Both the position numbers and the translations under genes were made by a program. From positions 47,928,001-47,992,000 of the forward strand of contig CM059432.1 of assembly GCA_030390025.1 (NCBI GenBank): a DNA stretch of 64,000 bases, in the 5' to 3' direction. Every line of letters starts with the position of its first letter. Position 1 is the first letter of the stretch. The notes under the pieces are model-generated. The model ran no database searches. It was not told where the DNA came from and saw nothing but the letters and a program-made list of their open reading frames with translations. This document shows positions 23,758-34,954 of the stretch, one piece after another. This DNA comes from Squalus acanthias (taxonomy: Eukaryota).

Positions 23758-26700
23758 ATGAAGATAACCATAGCCAGCCTCAACATCAATGGCAGCAGAG
23801 AGGCACGCCGTAGATTTAATAACTTCTCGTCCCTTCGGGAAGGGAGGCATGCGGTGTGCTTCCTGCAGGAAACTCACACCGTTCCGGGAGACGAGGCCAC
23901 GTGGCTCCTGGAGTGGCGAGGAGGGGTCAGCATGAGTCACCTCTCCAACGTTTCCGGTGGGGTGGCTATCTTGCTGGCCCCGCATTTTCAGCCGGAGATC
24001 TTGGGGGTCAAGGAGCATGTGCCGGGCCGCTTGCTCCAGGTCACTGTTCGTCTGGGGGGCGTGCCGCTCCATTTAGTGAACGTGTACGCCCCCCAGCCCG
24101 GTGCGCAGCAAGTGCGCTTCTTCGAAGAAGTGTCCGCTCTTCTGGGCACCGTCGACGTCAGCGAGTGCATCATCCTCGGGGGGGATTTTAATTGTACCCT
24201 CGAGGCGAGGGACCGTTCGGGCCCTCCGCGAAGCCTGACGGCGACGGTGAAGTTGAGGGACCTGGTCGGGTCCTTCGACTTGGTGGACGTCTGGCGAAAT
24301 CTCCATCCCGACTCCAGCGCCTTCACTTGGGTGGGGTCTGGAGGAGGAAGGTCCAGAATCGACCGCCTTTATATTTCCCGGGCGTACGTCTCCTGCGTTC
24401 CGGCGGCTTCCATGCGGCCGGTGCCGTGCACGGACCACCACCTGGTGTGGGCGGAGCTCGCTCCGTTGCAGGCGCCGGGGGGGTCCGCGTACTGGCATTT
24501 TAACAACCTGCTGCTGGAGGACGTGCGGTTCCGGGATTCGTTTCGCCGGTTCTGGGCCGACTGGAGAAGGAAGCAGGGGGGCTTCCCCTCCTTGAGGCTA
24601 TGGTGGGACGTGGGCAAGGCTCACGTCCGTCTCTTCTGTCAGGAGTACGCGAAGGGGGTCGACCAAGAGGCGGGAGGCCCGGGTCGGGCGATTGGAGAAG
24701 AAGTGCTCGACCTGGAGTCCCGTCTCGGTCAAGTCGTCGAAGACCCGGCCCTGCGGAAGGTGTACGAAGAGAAGAAGGGCGCGCTGAAGGACCTGCAGCT
24801 GGTCGGGTCCCGAGGCGCGTACGTGAGGTCGCGGATCCAGTTCCTGCGGGACCTGGACCGCGGCTCCCCCTTCTTCTACTCGCTGGAAAAAAGACGAGGG
24901 GTCCGTAAGCAGCTCTTGGGGCTGCTGGCCGACGACGGATCTCTGGTCTCGGATCCGGAGGGGATCAGCGCGGGGACCCGGGCCTATTACGGGGCTCTGT
25001 TCTCTCCGGATCCGTCCAGCGAGGATGCGCGCAGAGTTTTGTGGGAGGACCTGCCGAAGGTCGGCCCGGAGGGCGCCGAAGAATTGGACGCTCCGCTAAG
25101 TTTGGCGGAGCTGACCGGCGCCCTGCGCCAGCTCTCGAGGGGAAAGTCCCCGGGGCTGGACGGGCTGACCGTGGAGTTCCACAGGGCGTTCTGGGACGTC
25201 TTGGGGGGCGACTACGCGCGGGTCCTGGGGGAATGTCTGGCGACCGGGGAGATGCCCCTCTCTTGGCGCAGGGTGGTTATCGTCCTGCTGCCCAAGAAGG
25301 GTGATCTCCGCCTTTTAAAAAACTGGCGCCCGGTCTCCCTCCTCAGCACGGACTATAAAACTTTTGCCAGGGCCATGTCTGCCCGCCTCGGCACCGTGCT
25401 GGCCCACATGATCCACCCCGACCAGTCCTACACGGTCCCGGGCCGGACAATCAACGACAACATCCATCTGGTCCAGGACCTGGTCCACCTTTCCCAGAGG
25501 ACTGGTCTGTCGGTCGCCTTCCTTTCCCTGGATCAGGAGAAGGCGTTCGACAGGGTGGATCACGAGTATCTCTTCGGGACTCTGCGCGCATTCGGGTTCG
25601 GGACGCATTTCGTCGCCCGGATCCGACTTCTGTACGCCGCCGCGGAGTGTCTGATTAAAGTTAACGGGTCTTTGACGGCGCCTCTTCGCTTCGGGCGGGG
25701 GGTGCGTCAGGGATGCCCCATGTCCGGTCAGTTATATGCCGTTTGCGTGGAGCCTTTCCTGCGCCTCTTGCGGAAGAGGTTGACGGGACTGGCTCTGCAA
25801 GGGCCGGGCGTGGAGGTCGTCCTCTCGGCTTACGCCGATGACGTGCTCCTCATGGTCACGGATCCCGTCGACCTGCGGAGGATGCGAGAATGCCAGCAGA
25901 TTTACTCGGACGCATCCTCCGCCAGGATCAACTGGGAGAAATGTTCTGGACTCCTGGTGGGCCAGTGGCGGGTGGACTCCCTGCCGGAGGAGTTCAGGCC
26001 CTTCGCCTGGAGCACAACACACCTCCTCTACTTGGGAGTCTACCTCGGCCCTGCCGAGGACACCTGGCCGGCGAACTGGCAAGAGCTGGAGGCCAAGGTC
26101 ACCGCTCGCCTAGGACGCTGGACGGGGTTGCTCCGAGTGTTGTCCTACAGGGGTCGAGCGCTGGTCATAAACCAGCTGGTGGCCGCCATGTTGTGGTACC
26201 GGTTGGTCACTTTGATCCCTCCCCCTGCGTTTGTCGCCAAGATACAGAAGATGCTCATAGACTTCTTCTGGGACAAAAGGAAGCACTGGGTCTCTGCCGC
26301 GGTTCTGTGTCTCCCGCTTAGGGAGGGCGGTCAGGCGCTGGTGTGCCTTCGCACCCAGGCGGCGACTTTCCGTCTTCAGACGCTGCAGAGGTACCTTTAC
26401 GTCGAGAATCCTCCCAGATGGTGTGCGCTGGCGACGTATTTCTTCCGCCAGATGCACGGCCTCAACTACGACACGCAGCTCCTGTTTGTGGAATTGGGCC
26501 GCACGCGAGCCTACCTGTGGGAGCTGCCTGTCTTTTACCAGGAACTGCTATGGGTCTGGAACCAGGTCGCCTCCAGGCGGAGTTCTCCCCCGTCAGGAGT
26601 GGCGGCTCTCCTTCGGGAGCCGCTGTTCAGGAATCCGCACCTCCACGTCCGACGGATCGGCTGGCTGGCGGAGGGCAGGGCTGTGCCAGGCAAGGTGACC

Positions 26701-27657
26701 AGAGTCAGGGACCTGCTCGATGGCGGAGGAGCGGGCTGGATGGCGCCGGAGGAGTTGGCGCGGCGCCTCTCCTGGGTAGACGTCTGGCGCGCGGCCAAAG
26801 CCATCGAGTTGCTGAAAGTGGCACTGGGCCCGGACTCCACTAGGTGTATCGAGGAGGCTCAAGCACGTGGGGCGATCCCGTCCGAACTGACCTCCGTTCG
26901 GACGGAATTCCTCATCGGCGCACGGCCCCGAAACCCCTCTCGGGAACCGGCGCCTCACAACTTGAGCCGTCTCGGGGAAATGCCCTCCGTGCCCTTCAGT
27001 TCTGCACGGAGGGGTTTCCTGTACGGGCTGCTCCTGCACACTTTCCACTTTGTCATCTTCGCCTGCCGTCCGGACACGCCTTGGCGTGCCATCTTGCCGT
27101 CCGGCGGAGGCGAAGGTCCCCAATGGAGGGCTCTCTATGCGGGAGTACTCCCCTTTTCTATTGGGGACATGGCCTGGAGGGTGTTGCACGGAGCAGTCCC
27201 GTGCAATCGGTTTTTAAGTAGGTTCACGGACTCCCAGGCCGCCTGTCTTTTTTGCGGCCTCGAGGAGTCCGTGTTCCACGTTTATGTGGAATGTGAGAGG
27301 TTGCAGCCCCTCTTTGAATATTTGAAGGGGCTGCTCCTCGCTTTTTGGTTGCACTTCAGTCCCACGCTCCTGATCTACGGTCACCCGGTGCGGAGGGGAG
27401 AGAGCAGGTCGGAGGACCTCCTCGTAGGACTGCTCCTGGGCCTGGCCAAAGTGGCCATTAACAGGTCCAGGCAGCGGGCGGTCGAGGGGGTCGTTCGGCC
27501 CAATTGCCTGCCTCTCTTCCGCGGCTATGTTCGCGCCCGGGTGGCCCTGGAGATGGAGCATGCGGTGTCCGCCGGCACACTTGAAGCCTTCCGAGACCGG
27601 TGGGCGCCGCAGGGACTGGAGTGCATCGTTTCCCTGGGAAATGTTATTTTAATTTAA
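23758..27657 (+). CDS. Tx1 ORF2: AP endonuclease + reverse transcriptase + C-terminal zinc finger (1299 aa from ATG 23758)
   Basis: LNING, LQETH, GGDFN, RIDR, TDH; RQGCPMS, YADD; CLFC...H....C. No stop codons. Confidence 0.95.
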   Translation: MKITIASLNINGSREARRRFNNFSSLREGRHAVCFLQETHTVPGDEATWLLEWRGGVSMSHLSNVSGGVAILLAPHFQPEILGVKEHVPGRLLQVTVRLGGVPLHLVNVYAPQPGAQQVRFFEEVSALLGTVDVSECIILGGDFNCTLEARDRSGPPRSLTATVKLRDLVGSFDLVDVWRNLHPDSSAFTWVGSGGGRSRIDRLYISRAYVSCVPAASMRPVPCTDHHLVWAELAPLQAPGGSAYWHFNNLLLEDVRFRDSFRRFWADWRRKQGGFPSLRLWWDVGKAHVRLFCQEYAKGVDQEAGGPGRAIGEEVLDLESRLGQVVEDPALRKVYEEKKGALKDLQLVGSRGAYVRSRIQFLRDLDRGSPFFYSLEKRRGVRKQLLGLLADDGSLVSDPEGISAGTRAYYGALFSPDPSSEDARRVLWEDLPKVGPEGAEELDAPLSLAELTGALRQLSRGKSPGLDGLTVEFHRAFWDVLGGDYARVLGECLATGEMPLSWRRVVIVLLPKKGDLRLLKNWRPVSLLSTDYKTFARAMSARLGTVLAHMIHPDQSYTVPGRTINDNIHLVQDLVHLSQRTGLSVAFLSLDQEKAFDRVDHEYLFGTLRAFGFGTHFVARIRLLYAAAECLIKVNGSLTAPLRFGRGVRQGCPMSGQLYAVCVEPFLRLLRKRLTGLALQGPGVEVVLSAYADDVLLMVTDPVDLRRMRECQQIYSDASSARINWEKCSGLLVGQWRVDSLPEEFRPFAWSTTHLLYLGVYLGPAEDTWPANWQELEAKVTARLGRWTGLLRVLSYRGRALVINQLVAAMLWYRLVTLIPPPAFVAKIQKMLIDFFWDKRKHWVSAAVLCLPLREGGQALVCLRTQAATFRLQTLQRYLYVENPPRWCALATYFFRQMHGLNYDTQLLFVELGRTRAYLWELPVFYQELLWVWNQVASRRSSPPSGVAALLREPLFRNPHLHVRRIGWLAEGRAVPGKVTRVRDLLDGGGAGWMAPEELARRLSWVDVWRAAKAIELLKVALGPDSTRCIEEAQARGAIPSELTSVRTEFLIGARPRNPSREPAPHNLSRLGEMPSVPFSSARRGFLYGLLLHTFHFVIFACRPDTPWRAILPSGGGEGPQWRALYAGVLPFSIGDMAWRVLHGAVPCNRFLSRFTDSQAACLFCGLEESVFHVYVECERLQPLFEYLKGLLLAFWLHFSPTLLIYGHPVRRGESRSEDLLVGLLLGLAKVAINRSRQRAVEGVVRPNCLPLFRGYVRARVALEMEHAVSAGTLEAFRDRWAPQGLECIVSLGNVILI

Positions 27658-27679
27658 TGCACTCCAAGTTGTCCGCTTC

Positions 27680-28092
27680 GCAGAAGGCCCAAGGTGGAAG
27701 ACCCGGAGGAGAGTGGCCTGGGCGGGAGGCCCAGCACGGAGAACCCCAGGCGGGGGGCCCAGGGCGGGGCGGCTGGTCGGCAGAGGTGGAGTCAGGAGAT
27801 GCGGTTGCTTCACCCCGGCTGCTCGCGGGGAATGCCGGTGCGGAGGGTCCGGTGCAGAAGGCCCAAGGTGGAAGACCCAGAGGAGAGTGGCCTGGGTGGG
27901 AGGCCCAGCACGGAGAACCCCAGGCGGGGGGCCCAGGGCGGGGCGGCTGGTCGGCAGAGGTGGAGTCGGGAGATGCGGTTGATTCACCCCGGCTGCTCGC
28001 GGGGAATGCCGGTGCGGAGGGTCCGGTGCAGAAGGCCCAAGGTGGAAGACCCGGAGGAGAGTGGCCTGGGCGGGAGGCCCAGCACGGAGAAC
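27680..28092 (+). repeat. 174-bp GC-rich tandem repeat (~2.4 units) in the Tx1 copy-1 3' UTR
   Basis: CAGAAGGCCCAAGG recurs at 27681, 27855 and 28029. Confidence 0.95.
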
Positions 28093-28380
28093 AATTGAGT
28101 GGATGGTCGGGTGGGCGGTGCCAGTGGGACTGGCGCGGAACAGGTTTCTTGGGTTATTGGAGTGGATGTTATATGTGGCATTTAGTTGGATTGTGATGGT
28201 GCTATGTGTTTGTACACTGTGGTGTTGAAATGGGTTGTTTTATGTGGAGTTAAGTGAGATGTATTATTTTAATATAAAAAAAAAAGTGTGGTATTGTTTG
28301 GGGGTATTTGTACTGTATTTTGATGGATGAATGTAATGGTTTTACTATGTAATTTGTATTATTGGTTTGAATAAAAGATT

Positions 28381-31300
28381 CACCATCAACAAACACCCCT
28401 TGCCTATTGCTTGACCTGGGACAGCTGGAGCTGCCCAGGCGAAGTCATCAACCTATTTCCCAATCTACAACATCGTTAAGACCTGGTGGTGGACTGAGCC
28501 TGGGCATCTCCAGCTTTATTTTCCCAGGTGAAGACATCTTCTCCCCCCACCAGAAGAACAGAAAAACAACAAAGACTATAGTTAACATCAGAGAGTGCCC
28601 ACCCCCACCCTGTAAGCACCCACCCATCCACTATCCTGAGTGGCGAATCAGCCCCTGCGGCCTCCCTCCTTCCCACCCCCTCTCTCTCTCTCTCTCTGCC
28701 TCTCTCTCTCTAACGAGGCACCTCAATCCTTTATCTATTAATTACCCATTTGAACAGAGGGCAGAAGGCCCCTCTCCCAATTCCAATCATCAAAGGGAGA
28801 GGTGTGCCTTCATTTTTAAAACAACCCCCTCTGCTCAGGGAAGATACAAAAAAACAACTACCTGGGCCATTTCAACCATCACCCGGCCTGTGACTTGGGG
28901 TGAGTGTAGCCCTTTATAACACCTCATTATGGCGAGCACATCTTCGCCGGCGACGGGGCCAGCAAGGTCGTACGCGGGTGTGGCAGCCACAGCCACAGCC
29001 AGTCCCGCTGCTTCTGCTGCCCTGTCGCCTTTCAGGTTACTGACAAAAAAGCTAGGGGTGAAGAGCTACACTCACCCCAACATGACCATAGAGGCTTGCG
29101 TTAAAGCCATGGCTGGGGTAGTCGGCCCCTCAGCCATCGTAGTGGCCTCTAAAATGTACGGCAAGGCTGTGTTCTTCCTGGGGTCGGAGCGGGCGGTGTC
29201 CCTGGCCGTCACGAAGGGGCTCACCGTGGGCGGGACCTTCATGCCGGTGGATCCACTTGAGGCCACCGCGCAGCGAATCGTCCTTTCAAACGTCCCGCCC
29301 TTTGTTCCGGGTGAGCTCCTCCTCCCCCACCTATGTCAACTGGGGGAGGTGAGGTCGGGGATTAATCCGATCCCGCTCGGCTGCAGGGAGGCCAGCCTCC
29401 GGCACGTCTTTTCCTTCCGGCGTCAGCTGTTTATCCAGCTGGTGCGGGAGGAGGACACAGAGGGCGCGTTTGTCGTCCAACACGAGGGGACCGCCTACCG
29501 TGTCTTCTGGACGTCGGACGGTGTGCGGTGCCACGCCTGCAAGGAGGCGGGGCACATAAGAAAGAACTGCCCCGCCTCCAAGGCTGCCAAAACATCTGAG
29601 GCGGCCAAGGCTGGCGCCGCCGCCGCCGCCGCTCCTCCCCCCGTTTCTGTCCACGCGTCCGCGACACCCGATGCGCGGTCGACGCTGGAGGTCAACGCCG
29701 TCGCGGCCTCCAGCGGAGGGGAGGGGGAGCGTCCGATCGGAAGGAAGGCGCGGAGGAAAAGTAAACACCTTCAGGCGGGTCCCCTTGACATACAGGACGA
29801 GCTACCCGGGCTTACGCCCCCGTACCTTGCGCAGGAGGCGGCGGTGCTCGAGAGTGTGGGGGGCCTCGTGCCCGGGCCTGTGACCGCAACCGCCGAGGCG
29901 GCAAAATCAAGACCTGCGGCCGGGCCCGGGCCCGAGAGACCCGAGCAAACCGTTCGACAGGAGGGAGCGGAGGTGGAGGCCTCGGTACACATGGAGGTCT
30001 CCCAACCTCCGTGTCCCTTCACACTGAAAAGGAGGTGCAACGCCCTGGAGGAGGAGGAGGACCGCGAGGAACAGGGTCCCTCCTCGCAAGGGGAGTCGTC
30101 GCTCGCTGCGGGTGCTGCGCCCCACCAACACCGTCACCGACATCCGGCAGGAGTCGCCTGTCCCCCGGGAGGGTACGACAGATGAGTCTGTCCAGCCTGT
30201 GCCTCCCGGGGTGGGGAAGAGACCCTGCTCGTGGGGGGGGCCGCGGAACTACCCGCGGAGGAACTATATATTGAACCATTGTTTCTCGCCAGGTCGGGCG
30301 TCCTGGGGACCGGGGCGGGCGAGGCCGATGAGGCTGAGCCCGCCGTATACGGTCAAGACTATTCCCAGGTGCTGCTCGACCTGGTTGAGGAATTCAGCCA
30401 AGGTCCCCGTTCCGCTGGGTCAGAGGATGGTGGCGGTGAAGGGGAAGGCCCCCTGACTCCGTCTCCGACGCTGGCGCCGGGGGTGTTGGGGGAACTGGCA
30501 TTAATGTACTCCCCGGTTTCCCCGTGCACCCCGGTGCCGGGGGAGGAGGGGGGCCCTGAGCCGCCGCCGCTTCCTGACCCGGCGCCTCTGGAGGAGCCCA
30601 GGGAGGACTCCTCTGCCGCCGATCCTGGGGGTGGGATCGGGGCAGAGGTAGGGCCGGCTGATGGCGACCCCCCGGAGGAGGACGGGGACCCGGCGGAGGA
30701 CACTGAGGATGACATGGACTCCATCGCCAGCGAGGCGGCGGATACCCTCGTGCCTCCCTCCGGGTCCCCCCTCATCCCCGTTGTGGAACTCCGGGACTTT
30801 GTGGCCATGGGCCAGGGTCGCCAAGATATAATCCGGCTGGCCATTGATAAATGGTCGGATCTGGCGCTGCTCGTTTGCTCCGTCCGCGCCGCCGTCAAAA
30901 CCATGGGCGCGGACGGGGGCGTGGGCCCGGCCGAGCGGCGTCGGATCCGGAAGTTCCTCGCTGGGCTGAGAAGGGAGTGGCGGTCGACTAGCGGCCGCGC
31001 TCCCTCCTCCCATTAGGGTTAGGTAGAGGTTGCACCATGCTCTTGTCATGAAGATAACCATAGCCAGCCTCAACATCAACGGCAGCAGAGAGGCACGCCG
31101 TAGATTTAATAACTTCTCGTTCCTTCGGGAAGGGAGGCATGCGATGTGCTTCCTGTAGGAAACTCACACCGTTCTGGGAGACCAGGCCATGTGGCTCCTG
31201 GAGTGGCGAGGAGGGGTCAACATGAGTCACCTCTCCAACATTTCCGGCGGGGCGGCTATCTTGCTGGCCCCGCATTTTCAGCCGGAGATCTTGGGGGTCA

Positions 31301-34300
31301 AGGAACATGTGCCGGGCCGCTTGCTCCAGGTCACTGTTCGCCTGGGGGGCGTGCCGCTCCATTTAGTGAACGTGTACGCCCCCCAGGCCGGTGCGCAGCA
31401 AGTGCGCTTCTTCGAAGAAGTGTCCGCTCTTCTGGGCACCATCGACGTCGGCGAGTGCGTCATCCTCGGGGGGGATTTTAATTCTACCCTTGAGGCGAGG
31501 GACCGTTCCGGTCCCCCGCGAAGCCTGGCGGCGACGGTGAAGTTGAGGGACCTGGTCGGGTCCTTCGACTTGGTGGACGTCTGGGGAAATCTCCATCCCG
31601 ACTCCAATGCCTTCACTTGGGCGGGGTCTGGAGGAGGAAGATCCAGAATCGTCCGCCTTTATATTTCCCGGGCGTACGTCTCCTGCATTCCAGCGGCTTC
31701 CATGCGGCCGGTGCCGTGCACGGACCACCACCTGGTGTGGGCGGAGCTCGCTCCATTGCGCGCGCCGGGGGGGTCCGCGTACTGGCATTTTAACAACCTG
31801 CTGCTGGAGGACGAGCGGTTCCGGGATTCGTTTCGCCAGTTCTGGGCCGACTGGAGAAGGAAGCAGGGGGGCTTCCCCTCCTTGAGACTATGGTGGGACG
31901 TAGGCAAGGCTCACGTCCGTCTCTTCTGTCAAGAGTACGCGAGGGGGTCGACCAAGAGGGGGGAGGCCCGGGTCGGGCGGTTGGAGAGGGAGGTGCTCGA
32001 CCTGGAGTCCCGTCTCGGTCAAGTCGTCGAAGACCCGGCCCTGCGGAAGGTGTACGAAGAGAAGAAGGGCGCGCTGAAGGACCTGCAGCTGGTCGGGTCC
32101 CGAGGCGCGTACGTGAGGTCGCGGATCCAGTTCCTCCGGGACCTGGACCGCGGCTCCCCCTTCTTCTACTCGCTGGAAAAAAGACGGGGGATCCGTAAGC
32201 AGCTCTTGGGGCTGCTGGCCGATGACAGATCTCTGGACTTGGATCCGGAGAGGATCAGCGCGGAGACCCGGGCCTATTACGGGGCTCTGTTCTCTCCGGA
32301 TCCGTCCAGCGAGGATGCGCGCAGAGTTTTGTGGGAGGACCTGCCGAAGGTCGGCCCGGAGGGCGCTGAAAAATTGGACGCTCCGCTAAGCTTGGCGGAG
32401 CTGACCGGCGCCCTCGGCCAGCTCTCGAGGGGAAAGTCCCCGGGACTGGACGGGCTGACCGTGGAGTTTCACAGGGCGTTCTGGGACGTCTTGGGGGGCG
32501 ACTACGCGCGGATCCTGGGGGAAAGTCTGGCGACCGGGGAGATGCCCCTCTCTTGGCGCAGGGCGGTCATCGTCCTGCTGCCCAAGAGGGGTGATCTCCG
32601 CCTCTTAAAAAACTGCCGCCCGGTCTCCCTCCTCAGCATGAACTATAACATTTTTGCCAGGGCCATGTCTGCCCGCCTTGGCACCGTGCTGGCCCTCATG
32701 ATCCACCCCGACCAGTCCTACACGGTCCCGGGCTGGTCCATCTATGACAACATCCATCTGGTCCGGGGCCTGGTCCACCTTTCCCAGAGGGCTGGTCTGT
32801 CGGTCGCCTTCCTCTCCCTGGATCAGGAGAAGGCGTTCGACAGGGTGGATCACGAGTATCTTTTCGGAACTCTGCGCGCATTCGGGTTCGGGACGCATTT
32901 CGGCGCCCGTATCTGACTTCTGTACGCCGCCGCGGAGTGTCTGATTAAAGTTAACGGGTCTTTGACGGCGCCCCTTCGCTTCGGGAGGGGGGTACGTCAG
33001 GGATGCCCCATGTATGGTCAGTTATACGTCGTTTGCGTGGAGCCTTTCCTGCGCCTCTTGCGGAAGAGGTTGATGGGACTGGCTCTGCAAGGGCCGGGCG
33101 TGGAGGTCGTCCTCTCGGCTTACGCCGATGACATGCTCCTCATGGTCACGGATCCCGTCGACTTGTGGAGGATGCGAGAATGCCAGCAGATTTATTCGGA
33201 CGCATCCTCTGCCAAGATCAACTAGGAGAAATGTTCTGGACTCCTGGTGGGCCAGTGGCGGGTGGACTCCCTGCCGGAGGAGTTCAGACCCTTCGCCTGG
33301 AGCACAACACACCTCCTCTACTTGGGAGTCTACCTTTGCCCTGCTGAGGACACCTGGCCGGCGAACTGGCAAGAGCTGGGCGGGGTTGCTCCGAGTGTTG
33401 TCCTACAGGGGTCGAGCGCTGGTCATAAACCAGCTGGTGGCCACCATGTTGTGGTACCGGTTGGTCACTTTGATCCCTCCCCCTGCGTTTGTCGCCAAGA
33501 TACAGAAGAAGCTCATCGACTTCTTCTGGGACAAAAGGAAGCACTGGGTCCCTGCCGCGGTTCTGTGTCTCCCGCTTAGGGAGGGCGGTCAGGCGCTGGT
33601 GTGCCTTTGCACCCAGGCGGCGACTTTCCGTCTTCAGACGCTGCAGAGATACCTTTACGTCGAGAATCCTCCCAGATGGTGTGCGCTGACGACGTATTTC
33701 TTCCGCCAGATGCACGGCCTCAACTATGACACGCAGCTCCTGTTTGTGGAATTGGGCCGCACGCGAGCCTACCTGTGGGAGCTGCCTGTCTTCTACCAGG
33801 AACTGCTATGCGTCTGGAACCAAGTTGCCTCCAGGTGGAGTTCTCCCCCGTCAGGAGTGGCGGCTCTCCTTCGGGAGCCGCTGCTCAGGAATCCGCACCT
33901 CCACGTCCGACGGATCGGGTGGCTGGCGGAGGGCAGGGCTGTGCCTGGCAAGGTGACCAGAGTCGGGGACCTGCTCGATGGCGGAGGAGCGGGCTGGATG
34001 GCGCCGGAGGAGTTGGCGCAGCGCCTCTCCTGGCTCGACGTCTGGCGCGCGGCCAAAGCCATCGAGTCGCTGAAAGTGTCACTGGGCCCCGACTCCACTA
34101 GGTGTATCGAGGAGGCTCAAGCACGTGGGGCGATCCCGTCTGAACTGACCCCCGTTCGGACGGAGTTCATCATCGGCGCGCGGCCCCGAAACCCCTCCCG
34201 GGAACCGGCGCCTCACAACTTGAGCTGTCTCGGGGAAATGCCCTCCGTGCCCTTTAATTCTGCACGGAGGGGTTTCCTGTACGGGATGCTCCTGCACACT

Positions 34301-34954
34301 CTCCACTTTGCCATCTTCGCCTGCCGTCCGGACATGCCTTGGCGTGCCATCTTGCCGTCCGGCGGAGGCGGAGGTCCCCAATGGAGGGCTCTCTATGCGG
34401 GAGTCCTCCCCTTTTCTATTGGTGACTTGGCATGGAGGGTGTTGCACGGAGCAGTCCCGTGCAATCAGCTTTTAAGTAGGTTCACGGACTCCCAGGCCGC
34501 CTGTCTTTTTTGCGGCCTGGAGGAGTCCGTGTTCCATGTGTATATAGAGTGCAGAGGTTGCAGCCCCTGTTCCATTATTTGAAGGGCTGCTCCTCGATTT
34601 TTGGTTGCACTTCAGTCCCACACTCCTGATCTACGGTCACCCGGTGCGGAGGGGAGCGGGCAGGTCGGAGGACCTCCTCGTAGGACTGCTCCTGGGCCTG
34701 GCCAAAGTGGCCATTAACAGGTCCAGGCAGAGGGCGGTCGAGGGGGTCGTTCGGCCCAATTGCCTGCCTCTCTTCCACGGCCCTGGAGATGGAGCAAGTG
34801 GTGTCAGCCGGCATGCTTGAAGCCTTCCGAGACCGGTGGGCGCCGCGGGGATTGGAGTGCATCGTCTCCCCGGACAACGTAATTTTAATATAATGTGATA
34901 AGTTTTATTTGAAGTTCTGTTAATTTACAGTAGTTTTATGTTTACTCAAAAGAG
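28381..34954 (+). mobile_element. Tx1 copy 2, head-to-tail with copy 1, 5'-truncated and mosaic
   Basis: Starts at the homologue of 21151 and ends ...CAAAAGAG. ORF1 28929-31016 is frameshifted. Confidence 0.95.
31048..34893 (+). pseudogene. Tx1 copy-2 ORF2, inactivated
   Basis: In-frame stops (TAG 31156, TGA 32914, TAG 33223) and deletions near 33378 and 34780. Confidence 0.93.

Larger units (their letters stand above)
20617..28380 (+). mobile_element. Tx1-clade non-LTR retrotransposon, near full length (copy 1)
   Basis: ~1.08-kb 5' UTR, CCHC-knuckle ORF1, APE-RT-zinc-finger ORF2, and a 3' UTR ending AATAAAAGATT. CpG-rich, so probably young. Confidence 0.95.

Noticed and set aside
27680..28092. 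Tandem repeats here and at 44533-44769 as CRISPR-like arrays
   Set aside because: No unique spacers, no cas genes, and a eukaryotic context.
23856..34877. Many overlapping and antisense ORFs within the Tx1 copies
   Set aside because: Expected shadow frames of GC-rich coding DNA.
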